Shown here piece by piece: positions 1 to 7,720 of a stretch of DNA of 64,000 bases (the stretch's first letter is position 1; every line of letters begins with the position of its first letter). A program made the position numbers and the translations under genes. The notes below the pieces were generated by a model. It saw nothing but the letters and a program-made list of their open reading frames with translations, did not search any database and was not told the DNA's origin. Origin of the DNA: Treponema sp. (GTDB taxonomy: Bacteria; Spirochaetota; Spirochaetia; Treponematales; Treponemataceae); assembly GCA_045641045.1 (NCBI GenBank), contig JAZUGE010000057.1, forward strand, positions 4,259-68,258. The letters are read 5' to 3'.

Positions 1-507
1 CGGAGTTTCAGGCACAAAAATTTGAGTCAAATTTCCAAATGCTAGCTCACACTGTCTCTGAACCGCTTCAAAATTGTGCTCATAATTTGGAAATCCACAA
101 CCACAAATCACCAGAGTATGAATCGTAGAAAAATCAACATTTGAAAGATGACGAGTTCCATTCCCAGTATCTTCCATTTTTTTCTGAATCAGCGGAATAG
201 TTCTGTCCAACACTGCCTTTAGATGACTTGGCATTCCGTAGCAATACAAAGGAAAACTCCAGATAATTAAATCGGCCTTAGTATAAAGCTGCAAAATTTC
301 GTTCTGATCATCCTTAATAACACATTGCCCGTTCTGAATCTGCCAACATCCAAAACATCCACGGCAAGGAGTAATATTTTTTTTTATAACATCAATAATC
401 TTTACGTTGTGATTTCCAGTTTTTTCAAGCCCTTTTAAAAATGCCTGAGTCAAGACCATAGTGTCGCTTTTTACTTTTGGACTTCCGTTTAATACAAGAA
501 TATTCAT
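1..507 (-). CDS. Flavodoxin-family / NADPH-dependent FMN reductase-like protein (3' end runs off the window)
   Basis: Not in the ORF track. Manual translation from ATG at 507 gives MNILVLNGSPK...PCRGCFGCW...ADLIIWSFPLYCYGMPSHLKAVLDR. A GGAGG SD lies upstream, and the frame stays open to position 1. Confidence 0.85.
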   Translation of the reverse strand, partial: MNILVLNGSPKVKSDTMVLTQAFLKGLEKTGNHNVKIIDVIKKNITPCRGCFGCWQIQNGQCVIKDDQNEILQLYTKADLIIWSFPLYCYGMPSHLKAVLDRTIPLIQKKMEDTGNGTRHLSNVDFSTIHTLVICGCGFPNYEHNFEAVQRQCELAFGNLTQIFVPETP

Positions 508-797
508 TTTTTCCTCCGAATACATTACCTTTGCGCGCTTGGCTTTGTTTTATAAAATAATTGTAATGTAACCAGAAAAATCAGTAAATCTACGAGGAGT
601 AGAGTTCAAAAAGAAGGGGAAAGCCTGGGACATGGATATAAGTTAACAAAAATTACTCTTAAAGTATCCGCAAATTAAATTTACGTTTACGTTTTTATTA
701 AAGTATGTTTTAATAAAAATTTAATCTTATCATCTGCTTAATTTACTATTGACAAAACCATAACCGCACGGGCTACAGAATATACACTTACAGGCGT

Positions 798-840
798 AAA
801 AAAAGCCTTAGTAGAGCAAAAAATACCCCCTAAGGCTTTT
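798..840 (-). terminator. Intrinsic terminator of the def-fmt-PASTA transcript
   Basis: Stem AAAAGCCTTAG/CTAAGGCTTTT (801-811, 830-840), followed by a T-run on the minus strand. Confidence 0.7.
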
Positions 841-863
841 ATCATATCTGATTATTTATCAGT

Positions 864-1904
864 CTAATTCAAACTAATATGTTTTATTTCTTTACCTGCA
901 ACTGAAAGAACAAGTTCACTGTCCTTTGGTACCGCATAAGGAACTGTAAAGTTACCGCCTGTATGCTGCAAAGTTACAAGGTTATATCTGTTACCTTCTT
1001 TAGGTAATACATCAACAGACATTGTTACTGGATATGGATAATTAGCAAGCTTTTCACTTATTACCCCATATACAAGACCATCCTTTGACTTTTTTGGTAA
1101 TGAAAGCTCGATGTTTACCCTGCTGTAATTATCAACAAACTCACCAATTGCAGCATCTTCACCAGATACAAAGGCGTCTTTTTCACCTTTTGATGCATCT
1201 TTAGCTGTAATATCAAGTACAACCTTAAGGTTTGACATCTGCTTTAATAAGTCCTGTACACTTAAACCACGTAAGTCTGGTACACGTGTATGCTCATACT
1301 CAGGTCCGCGGCTTATTACGAGTGTAACTGTTACAGGATTTGTAATATATGTACCAGGTTCTGGATCCTGGGCTAAAATTGTACCAGCTTCAGCGTTATC
1401 TGCTTTATATACCGGATCTCCTAAAACGATTAAAGCCCTTGAGTTACCAGTAAATAAAGTCTGAAGTCTGATTTTAACATCATCAATCTTTTGACCAACA
1501 AAGTCTTCAATATGATCAATGATTACACCCCGGCTTACTACAAGTGTCACCCGGCTTCCGGCTTTTATAATCGAACCCGATATAGGTGACTGACTTAATA
1601 TCTTACCTGCATCAGAAGGATCATCACTATACTTAAGCTGTATTTTTGGATAAAGCTCCTTAGCCTGCATTTCAATAAGGGCCTGTGTAAGCTCCTTACC
1701 CTCAACTGCAGGCACCATTACCTGCTCACTACCTTTTACAGTAATCATAAATACCGAAAAAGCAATAAGTATCATAAAAAGAATACTGCTAAAGACAACA
1801 GCAACAAGGGCTACTGTACTTGTCTGCAACTTTGCTAAAGTTGAGTTTACACTTATTCGGCAGTTTTGTATGTTAAAGTTTTTAATACGGTCTGACAGTT
1901 TCAT
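864..1904 (-). CDS. PASTA domain-containing membrane-anchored protein
   Basis: N-terminal TM helix, then PASTA repeats (VMVPAVEGKELTQA...GKILSQSP...VTLVVSRG; GTILAQDPEPG...VTLVISRG; RVPDLRGLS). Confidence 0.85.
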   Translation of the reverse strand: MKLSDRIKNFNIQNCRISVNSTLAKLQTSTVALVAVVFSSILFMILIAFSVFMITVKGSEQVMVPAVEGKELTQALIEMQAKELYPKIQLKYSDDPSDAGKILSQSPISGSIIKAGSRVTLVVSRGVIIDHIEDFVGQKIDDVKIRLQTLFTGNSRALIVLGDPVYKADNAEAGTILAQDPEPGTYITNPVTVTLVISRGPEYEHTRVPDLRGLSVQDLLKQMSNLKVVLDITAKDASKGEKDAFVSGEDAAIGEFVDNYSRVNIELSLPKKSKDGLVYGVISEKLANYPYPVTMSVDVLPKEGNRYNLVTLQHTGGNFTVPYAVPKDSELVLSVAGKEIKHISLN

Positions 1905-1907
1905 AGT

Positions 1908-2891
1908 TTATCCTAATATAGAGCCTGTAAAATTACGGGCACCATTCATAAAATCTTTATATCCCATAGCCTTTTTGCCCTGCCACTGGAGCTCTGTTGC
2001 TACAAGTATACTACCATTACCACAGGCAATTTCGATACCTGTACCTTTATTATAAGGCAAAACAGTACCAGGTGTCTGGTCTGTTTTATTATTGCTAACA
2101 AAAGCTTTCAGCACTAACAGCTTAGTTCCGTTGCTAACTGTAGAGCATAATGGCCATGGTGTATAGGCTCTTATTTGTCTGTCGATACAACAGGCTTGTT
2201 TTGTCCAGTCAATAATACCGTCATCCTTATTCATAAAATAAGTATAACTTGACTGTCCGCTTTGTGGTTTTGCCTCCATCATCTTATATGGCTCACCAGC
2301 TTTTACAATGTCCTGCAATACATTTAAAAGCATTTTTGCCCCGGTTTCAGTTACAGCACTTGTTGTACCGTCACCATCCATAAGGCTTAATGTTGTCTCA
2401 GTACCGTCCAAAGGGTACTCACAAACCTTTAATAAATCACCTTCATCGGTTTTTAGGGCAATTTTTTGAACTGAAATACCTAAGGTTTTATCACCGTTTA
2501 ATATTGCAGCAGGGACCGGAGCACACCCTCTGTATTTTGGCAATGCACTTGGATGCAGGTTTATACCACCCAGAGCAAACATTGCCAAAAACTTTGGACC
2601 AAATATACGTCCATAATCAAATGAAACTAAAATATCCGCCTTCAATGGAGCTATAGCCTCACGAGCATCTTTCATTAAATGGTCAAAGGCAAAAACTGCA
2701 ATATCGTTTTCACTTGCAACCTGAGCTACCTCTGTAGGTATCAGCTCTTTATGACGACCTTTTGCACTTGGAGGATTAGTTAAAACACCGGCTATTTCAA
2801 AACCTGAGCTTTCACTACTGGCAATGAGAGTTTTTAATACCATAGCTGAAGCCAAGGGGCTTCCTGCATATAAAACCTTAAGCTTAGACAC
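1908..2891 (-). CDS. fmt: Methionyl-tRNA formyltransferase
   Basis: INLHPSALPKYRGCAP motif, DWT...IDRQIRAYTPWP C-terminal domain, adjacent to def; GTG start. Confidence 0.95.
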   Translation of the reverse strand: MSKLKVLYAGSPLASAMVLKTLIASSESSGFEIAGVLTNPPSAKGRHKELIPTEVAQVASENDIAVFAFDHLMKDAREAIAPLKADILVSFDYGRIFGPKFLAMFALGGINLHPSALPKYRGCAPVPAAILNGDKTLGISVQKIALKTDEGDLLKVCEYPLDGTETTLSLMDGDGTTSAVTETGAKMLLNVLQDIVKAGEPYKMMEAKPQSGQSSYTYFMNKDDGIIDWTKQACCIDRQIRAYTPWPLCSTVSNGTKLLVLKAFVSNNKTDQTPGTVLPYNKGTGIEIACGNGSILVATELQWQGKKAMGYKDFMNGARNFTGSILG

Positions 2892-2894
2892 TAC

Positions 2895-3464
2895 TTAGTT
2901 ACCTTTTTTTGCGTTTTTTGCAGCAAGTTTTGCTGCTATGCTTGCCTGCTTACGAGCTTTTTCTTCTTCCTTTTTTGCAGCCCGCTCTAAACGCTTTTTA
3001 AACTGAGCTGTTGTTTTAGCTGCAAAATCCGGGTCACCTCTATCAATATATACAATACCATCAAGGTGATCGTTTTCGTGCTGAATTACACGGGCTAAAA
3101 GACCGTCGGCTTCAAGTGTAAATGGTTTGCCGTGTTCGTTAAGAGCCTGTACTGTAACTTTTACAGGACGGCGAATTGTCTCATAAACACCAGGAATACT
3201 CAGACAACCTTCATCATAGTCGCCTTCTTCAGCACTTGTAGCAATAATCTGTGGATTTACAAATACACGGCGTACGTTATCGTCTGCAGTAACTACGAAA
3301 AAACGCTGACTAATACCAACCTGAGGAGCTGCAAGACCAACTCCGTCAGCTTCGTCCATTGTCTCAAACATTTCTTCAAAAATTGAACGCAGTTCATCTG
3401 TAACTTCTGTAACTGGTTCACACTTTTTGCGTAATACTTCTTCGCCTAATTTGTAGATTTTCAT
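2895..3464 (-). CDS. def: Peptide deformylase
   Basis: GVGLAAPQVG, EGCLS and QHENDHLDG motifs. Confidence 0.97.
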   Translation of the reverse strand: MKIYKLGEEVLRKKCEPVTEVTDELRSIFEEMFETMDEADGVGLAAPQVGISQRFFVVTADDNVRRVFVNPQIIATSAEEGDYDEGCLSIPGVYETIRRPVKVTVQALNEHGKPFTLEADGLLARVIQHENDHLDGIVYIDRGDPDFAAKTTAQFKKRLERAAKKEEEKARKQASIAAKLAAKNAKKGN

Positions 3465-3489
3465 ACCTGTCTGCTGTCCTTAAAATAAA

Positions 3490-4857
3490 TTATTTTTCAA
3501 GTCTAACTCGTGCAGCTCTTGCGTGTCCTGCAAGACCTTCTGCATCACCTAAATGTCCAGCTGCTTCTGCACTGGCAACTGCACCCTTTGAGCCTTCGAT
3601 TGTTCGTAAAGTTGTAACTGTCTTTAAGAATACACGAACACTTAAGCCTCCGGTAAACCTTGCACTACCACTTGTAGGCAGTGTGTGATTTAACCCTGCT
3701 GCGTAGTCTCCAAATACTTCGGCACTTCCATGTCCAATAAAAAGAGAACCATAATTGTGTACAAGACTGCAGGCCTTATCTCTTTCACTGCCTTGAGCCA
3801 TAGCAAGCTCAAGGTGTTCAGGAGCTTTTCGGTTTGCAGCTTCACATGCCTGTTCTATTGTATCAGTAATAATTATACGACCACAGTTCTTTATACTTTC
3901 AGCTGCTGTTGACCGTGTACTTAAAGTTTCAAGCTGACTTTCAATCTCTAAAGCAACCTTTTGGGCAAGCTCCATATCACAGGTAGCCAATACAGGCTGT
4001 GCTACAACATCATGTTCAGCCTGTGCTAAAAGGTCAGCTGCAACCCACTTTGGATTTGCAGTTGAGTCAGCAATAATAAATACTTCAGTAGGACCTGCAA
4101 CCATATCAATGCCTACTGTTCCGTACACAAGTTTTTTAGCCTCAGCAACAAACTTGTTGCCAGGACCTACAATAACATCTACTGCCGGTATACTTTCAGT
4201 ACCAAAAGCCATAGCACCAATTGCCTGAGCACCACCACAGGCAAATACCTTTGTAGCTCCACAAATATATGCTGCAGCCATGATATTTTGATCTGCATAT
4301 GGCTTACCGCCAACAAAAGGTTTACCACTGACTCCAAGCCCTTCACTCTCTGCTGAAGACAAATCGTCAGGATGCACTCTTGGTGGAGTACATAGAATTA
4401 CTTCTTTTACACCTGCGGCAACTGCAGGAACAACAGTCATTACAACAGTTGATACTAAAGGAAATCTTCCGGCAGGAACATAAACACCAGCTTTTTCGAC
4501 ACTGATATTTTTTTGACCTGTAAAAACACCTTCTTCAAGTTCAACTTCAAAATCATCAAACGACTCACGCTGTTTTTTTGCAAAACGCAGCGCAAGGTCT
4601 GCACTGTATTTTAACGATTTGTAAAGGTCAGGATTTTCGAGCTGCATTTTTTCGGCAGCGGCTTTAAGTTCATGATGAGGTATTTCAAAAGTAACTGGGC
4701 TTGATATATCAAATCTAGCACCATATTCTTTAAGGGCTGCATCCCCATTTGTTTTAACATTTGTTAAAACATCGTTTACGGTTTCAATAGAACCGCCAAA
4801 GTCTCTTCCGTTAAAGAAAGAGTTTTCGATTTCTGAATACTTTTGAATTTTTATCAT
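3490..4857 (-). CDS. hisD: Histidinol dehydrogenase
   Basis: GVYVPAG, IVGPGNKFVAEAK, IDMVAGPTEV, DLLAQAEHD, APEHLEL, GDYAAGLNHTLPT motifs. Confidence 0.97.
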   Translation of the reverse strand: MIKIQKYSEIENSFFNGRDFGGSIETVNDVLTNVKTNGDAALKEYGARFDISSPVTFEIPHHELKAAAEKMQLENPDLYKSLKYSADLALRFAKKQRESFDDFEVELEEGVFTGQKNISVEKAGVYVPAGRFPLVSTVVMTVVPAVAAGVKEVILCTPPRVHPDDLSSAESEGLGVSGKPFVGGKPYADQNIMAAAYICGATKVFACGGAQAIGAMAFGTESIPAVDVIVGPGNKFVAEAKKLVYGTVGIDMVAGPTEVFIIADSTANPKWVAADLLAQAEHDVVAQPVLATCDMELAQKVALEIESQLETLSTRSTAAESIKNCGRIIITDTIEQACEAANRKAPEHLELAMAQGSERDKACSLVHNYGSLFIGHGSAEVFGDYAAGLNHTLPTSGSARFTGGLSVRVFLKTVTTLRTIEGSKGAVASAEAAGHLGDAEGLAGHARAARVRLEK

Positions 4858-4972
4858 GAATAAATCCTTTAATTTAAAGTCCGACTGTTACTATATTACT
4901 GTTTTTTACTGTTTTATACTATATACATAACAGTGAGTAAAATTATGTAAACACGGGGAGTTTATTATATAA

Positions 4973-5027
4973 ATAAGCCTTGTTTTTAAATAAAACCCCA
5001 GGGATTTACTTTAAAAACAAGGCTTAT
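4973..5027. repeat. Perfect 18-bp inverted repeat (hairpin) between the DUF2087 gene and hisD
   Basis: ATAAGCCTTGTTTTTAAA (4973-4990) and TTTAAAAACAAGGCTTAT (5010-5027). Confidence 0.85.
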
Positions 5028-5083
5028 ATAAAAAGTAAACTAGTCTAGTTTTTTTATAAAACAAGTACATAATAAAGAGAAAA

Positions 5084-5344
5084 CTAATTTTTCCAGTATT
5101 GTGTGCAATCAGGCTTTCTTGATAAAAGTTTTCGTGTTATTAGCTCGCGCCGCAGCATTGTCGGATTCATAAAACAATGATTGTCGCTGATAACTCTTGT
5201 TATTTCAATTTCTTTATAAATAATACCTTTTTCAAACTTACCTGCAAGATACTCACAAACAAGCTGCTTGTCTTCATTAGAGTTTGGCCAGGCAATTACT
5301 TTTCCGTCTTTATCAAGATATTTTTCGACACCTTCTTTTAACAT
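5084..5344 (-). CDS. DUF2087-family small protein
   Basis: Pattern WP...K.LV.EYLA.KFE.G..Y.E.EI...LRRELI...LL.R..D...YW; AGGA SD. Confidence 0.7.
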   Translation of the reverse strand: MLKEGVEKYLDKDGKVIAWPNSNEDKQLVCEYLAGKFEKGIIYKEIEITRVISDNHCFMNPTMLRRELITRKLLSRKPDCTQYWKN

Positions 5345-5381
5345 AGCTTTTCCTTTTTTTTAATTAAGACAACAAATTAAG

Positions 5382-5413
5382 AAAAAAAGCATATCTGCGT
5401 TACACAGATATGC
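5382..5413 (-). terminator. Intrinsic terminator after the hisA-hisIE fusion gene
   Basis: Stem GCATATCTG/CAGATATGC followed by T7 on the minus strand. Confidence 0.75.
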
Positions 5414-5429
5414 CTTCTTTATTTATTGA

Positions 5430-6728
5430 TTATTTTTTATGGCGTTTATCAAGCTCGTTATAAACATCCTGCCAGTTAACGCCTTCTTTATACATAAGAA
5501 CACTTACAAAGTATAAAAGGTCAGCTGCTTCCCAGATTACATCTTCTTTTGTCTCTGCATCATCTGTAAGTTCTTCGGCTTCTTCCATTACCTTTTCGCG
5601 AACCCGCTTATCATCAAGGGTTGCTGTGTAACTGCCTGATCTTGGATTTGCAAAGCGCTCTGAAATTGTACCGTAAAGGCGCTCCAAAGTTGATTTTTCA
5701 TCAGCTTCGCTGCCAAAGCAGGTCCAGCTGCCTGTATGACAGGCAGGGCCATGTGGTATTACAGTTGCAAGTACAGTATCTCTGTCACAATCAACACGAA
5801 GCTTTACAACTTCAAGATAATTACCGCTTGTTTCACCTTTAGTCCACAATACATTGCGTGTACGACTAAAGAATGTAAGCTTGCCTGTTTCAAATGTTTT
5901 TTCAAAGGCCTCTTTATTGCTGTAACCCATCATTAAAACCTCGCCGTTTACACTTTGAGCTATAACAGGTATCATGCCGTTTACTTTTTCAAAATTAAGA
6001 CAATTAATAAATGAGTCTTTAAGGCTCACAGCACCTGTATACAATGCCATACCAAGCTGAACATCACATCCTAGCTTTTCAAGCTCTGCAATCTGTTCAA
6101 GACTGTTTACACCACCAGCCGCAACAACACGGCATTTAACTGCACTGCGTAATGCACGGCAGGCATCCATATCAGTACCCTGCATACAGCCTTCTTTTTC
6201 GACACAGGTAAATAAAAGCTCACTACAGTATTTTTCAGCTTCCTTTGCACCATCAATAAGTGAAATATCAACAGTTTCAGTCCAACCTTTTACAGCAATT
6301 TTGCCATTTATTGCATCAACACTGATAATTATTCGCTGCTTACCAATTGCTTTGTTAAGTTCTTCAAGAAACTCAACATTTAAAACTGATTCGCCCTGTT
6401 TAGGAGATGGGTTCCAGGCTGCGCTTCCGATAATTACTTTTTCAGCACCAAGACTTATAAGTTCTTTTGCCTTTTTCACATCACGGATACCACCACCAAC
6501 ACGCACGTTGCCATGATGGAGAAGATGCTTTAAAAGCTGAGTATTTTTTGTATTACCCTTTTCGTCTGTATGGCGCATTGCCTGATCAAGGTCAATAATT
6601 GCAACCTCGCCATATTTGTTAAACTCTGCAATGAGTGCATCTGCATCATCTCTTTGCAAAACCAAGTCTTTTCCATTTTTTAGCTGGACAACGTGTCCAT
6701 CTTTTAAGTCTATTGAAGCGATTACCAT
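5430..6728 (-). CDS. hisA/hisIE: Fused HisA (ProFAR isomerase) - HisI (PR-AMP cyclohydrolase) - HisE (PR-ATP diphosphatase)
   Basis: N-terminal IASIDLKDGHVVQL...VGGGIR...VIIGS...SVD TIM barrel; FFSRTR..LWTKGETSG and DCDRD...ACHTG..TCF (HisI); KVMEEAEE...WEAADLLYF (HisE). Confidence 0.9.
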   Translation of the reverse strand: MVIASIDLKDGHVVQLKNGKDLVLQRDDADALIAEFNKYGEVAIIDLDQAMRHTDEKGNTKNTQLLKHLLHHGNVRVGGGIRDVKKAKELISLGAEKVIIGSAAWNPSPKQGESVLNVEFLEELNKAIGKQRIIISVDAINGKIAVKGWTETVDISLIDGAKEAEKYCSELLFTCVEKEGCMQGTDMDACRALRSAVKCRVVAAGGVNSLEQIAELEKLGCDVQLGMALYTGAVSLKDSFINCLNFEKVNGMIPVIAQSVNGEVLMMGYSNKEAFEKTFETGKLTFFSRTRNVLWTKGETSGNYLEVVKLRVDCDRDTVLATVIPHGPACHTGSWTCFGSEADEKSTLERLYGTISERFANPRSGSYTATLDDKRVREKVMEEAEELTDDAETKEDVIWEAADLLYFVSVLMYKEGVNWQDVYNELDKRHKK

Positions 6729-6734
6729 ACCGTG

Positions 6735-6763
6735 AGTATACTAAAATGAATAAATATACACAA
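6735..6763 (-). promoter_or_regulatory. Sigma70-type promoter, probably leaderless (hisA-hisIE)
   Basis: Minus strand TTGTGT-N17-TATACT-N6-ATG; no SD. Confidence 0.7.
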
Positions 6764-7064
6764 TTATGCTAAAGACTTTTATAAATGCTTAATTTAACAA
6801 CTTATGGTCTTTTATCAACATCTTCTTTCGCTATTTATAAAATATAATCATCTATTATCAAAATATTTATTTTCATATTAAATAATGATTTCAATATTAC
6901 TTAAAGTAACTTTTTTTTACAAACTTTTATCTGTTTTTTATTCCTTTAAAACTATATACTTTATTCTGGCTCTAATAACGCTTTATTAACATTTTGTTAT
7001 TTGAGTTTTAATTAAGACATAACAAAACATTTTAGTTTGTATTTGTATTGGAGGCTTTTCAATC

Positions 7065-7568
7065 ATGAAAAAGTTAATTTCAACAATTGCTGCTATTTCT
7101 GCAGCTCTTCTTATGGGTGCTTCTGTATTTGCAGAAGGCTATATCAACGCTAACGACCTTGCTCCTGCTAACATCGTAGAAGATCAGGCAGAAGAAGACG
7201 GATTTGTTATCCACGGAACAGCTGAAAAGTTTGTTGTTATCGATTCATCAGAACCTGCAAAGGCTGGCGATGATGTATTTACACAGCGCATTAACCTCAA
7301 GGGTTCAGGAAAGCCAGATGTACGTTCTGTTACTTTCCCTGCAAAGAAAGGCGAAACAATCACAGTATTTGCAGCTTCTTCATCTAAGACAGACAGCCGC
7401 ACAATCAATATTGCAAACGAAGCTGGCGAAGTTGTTGCAGAAATGTCTGAAAAGCCATACGTTGAAGGCGTTACAGTAGAAAGCTTCAAGGCTCCTGCTG
7501 ACGGTACATATGCAGTATACTCTGCAAAAAATGGTATGTATATCTACCAGATTACAGTTACAAAGTAA
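7065..7568 (+). CDS. Secreted small beta-rich protein, putative stand-alone carbohydrate-binding module
   Basis: Signal peptide ending in VFA, GGAGG SD, beta-strand-rich mature part, directly upstream of the PL9 lyase. Function is inferred. Confidence 0.55.
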   Translation: MKKLISTIAAISAALLMGASVFAEGYINANDLAPANIVEDQAEEDGFVIHGTAEKFVVIDSSEPAKAGDDVFTQRINLKGSGKPDVRSVTFPAKKGETITVFAASSSKTDSRTINIANEAGEVVAEMSEKPYVEGVTVESFKAPADGTYAVYSAKNGMYIYQITVTK

Positions 7569-7628
7569 ATAATGACAGGCTGTAACAATTTTACACGCTA
7601 TATTCATTTATTTAATAACTAACTCTTC

Positions 7629-7663
7629 AAAAAACGCAGAACCGTAACGGTGCTGCGTTTTTT
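7629..7663 (+). terminator. Intrinsic terminator between the small secreted protein and the pectate lyase
   Basis: AAAAAACGCAG-A-ACCG-TAA-CGGT-G-CTGCGTTTTTT. Confidence 0.75.
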
Positions 7664-7720
7664 GTATTTTAGTACCTTCGCAGGTACGTAAAATTTTAAA
7701 TCATAAATTGGAGAAAAGTT

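Noticed and set aside
745-800. GACAAAACC...GGGCTACAG considered as a c-di-GMP-I riboswitch
   Set aside because: It lacks the GAAA tetraloop and the GCAAAG linker, and no downstream gene lies in that orientation.
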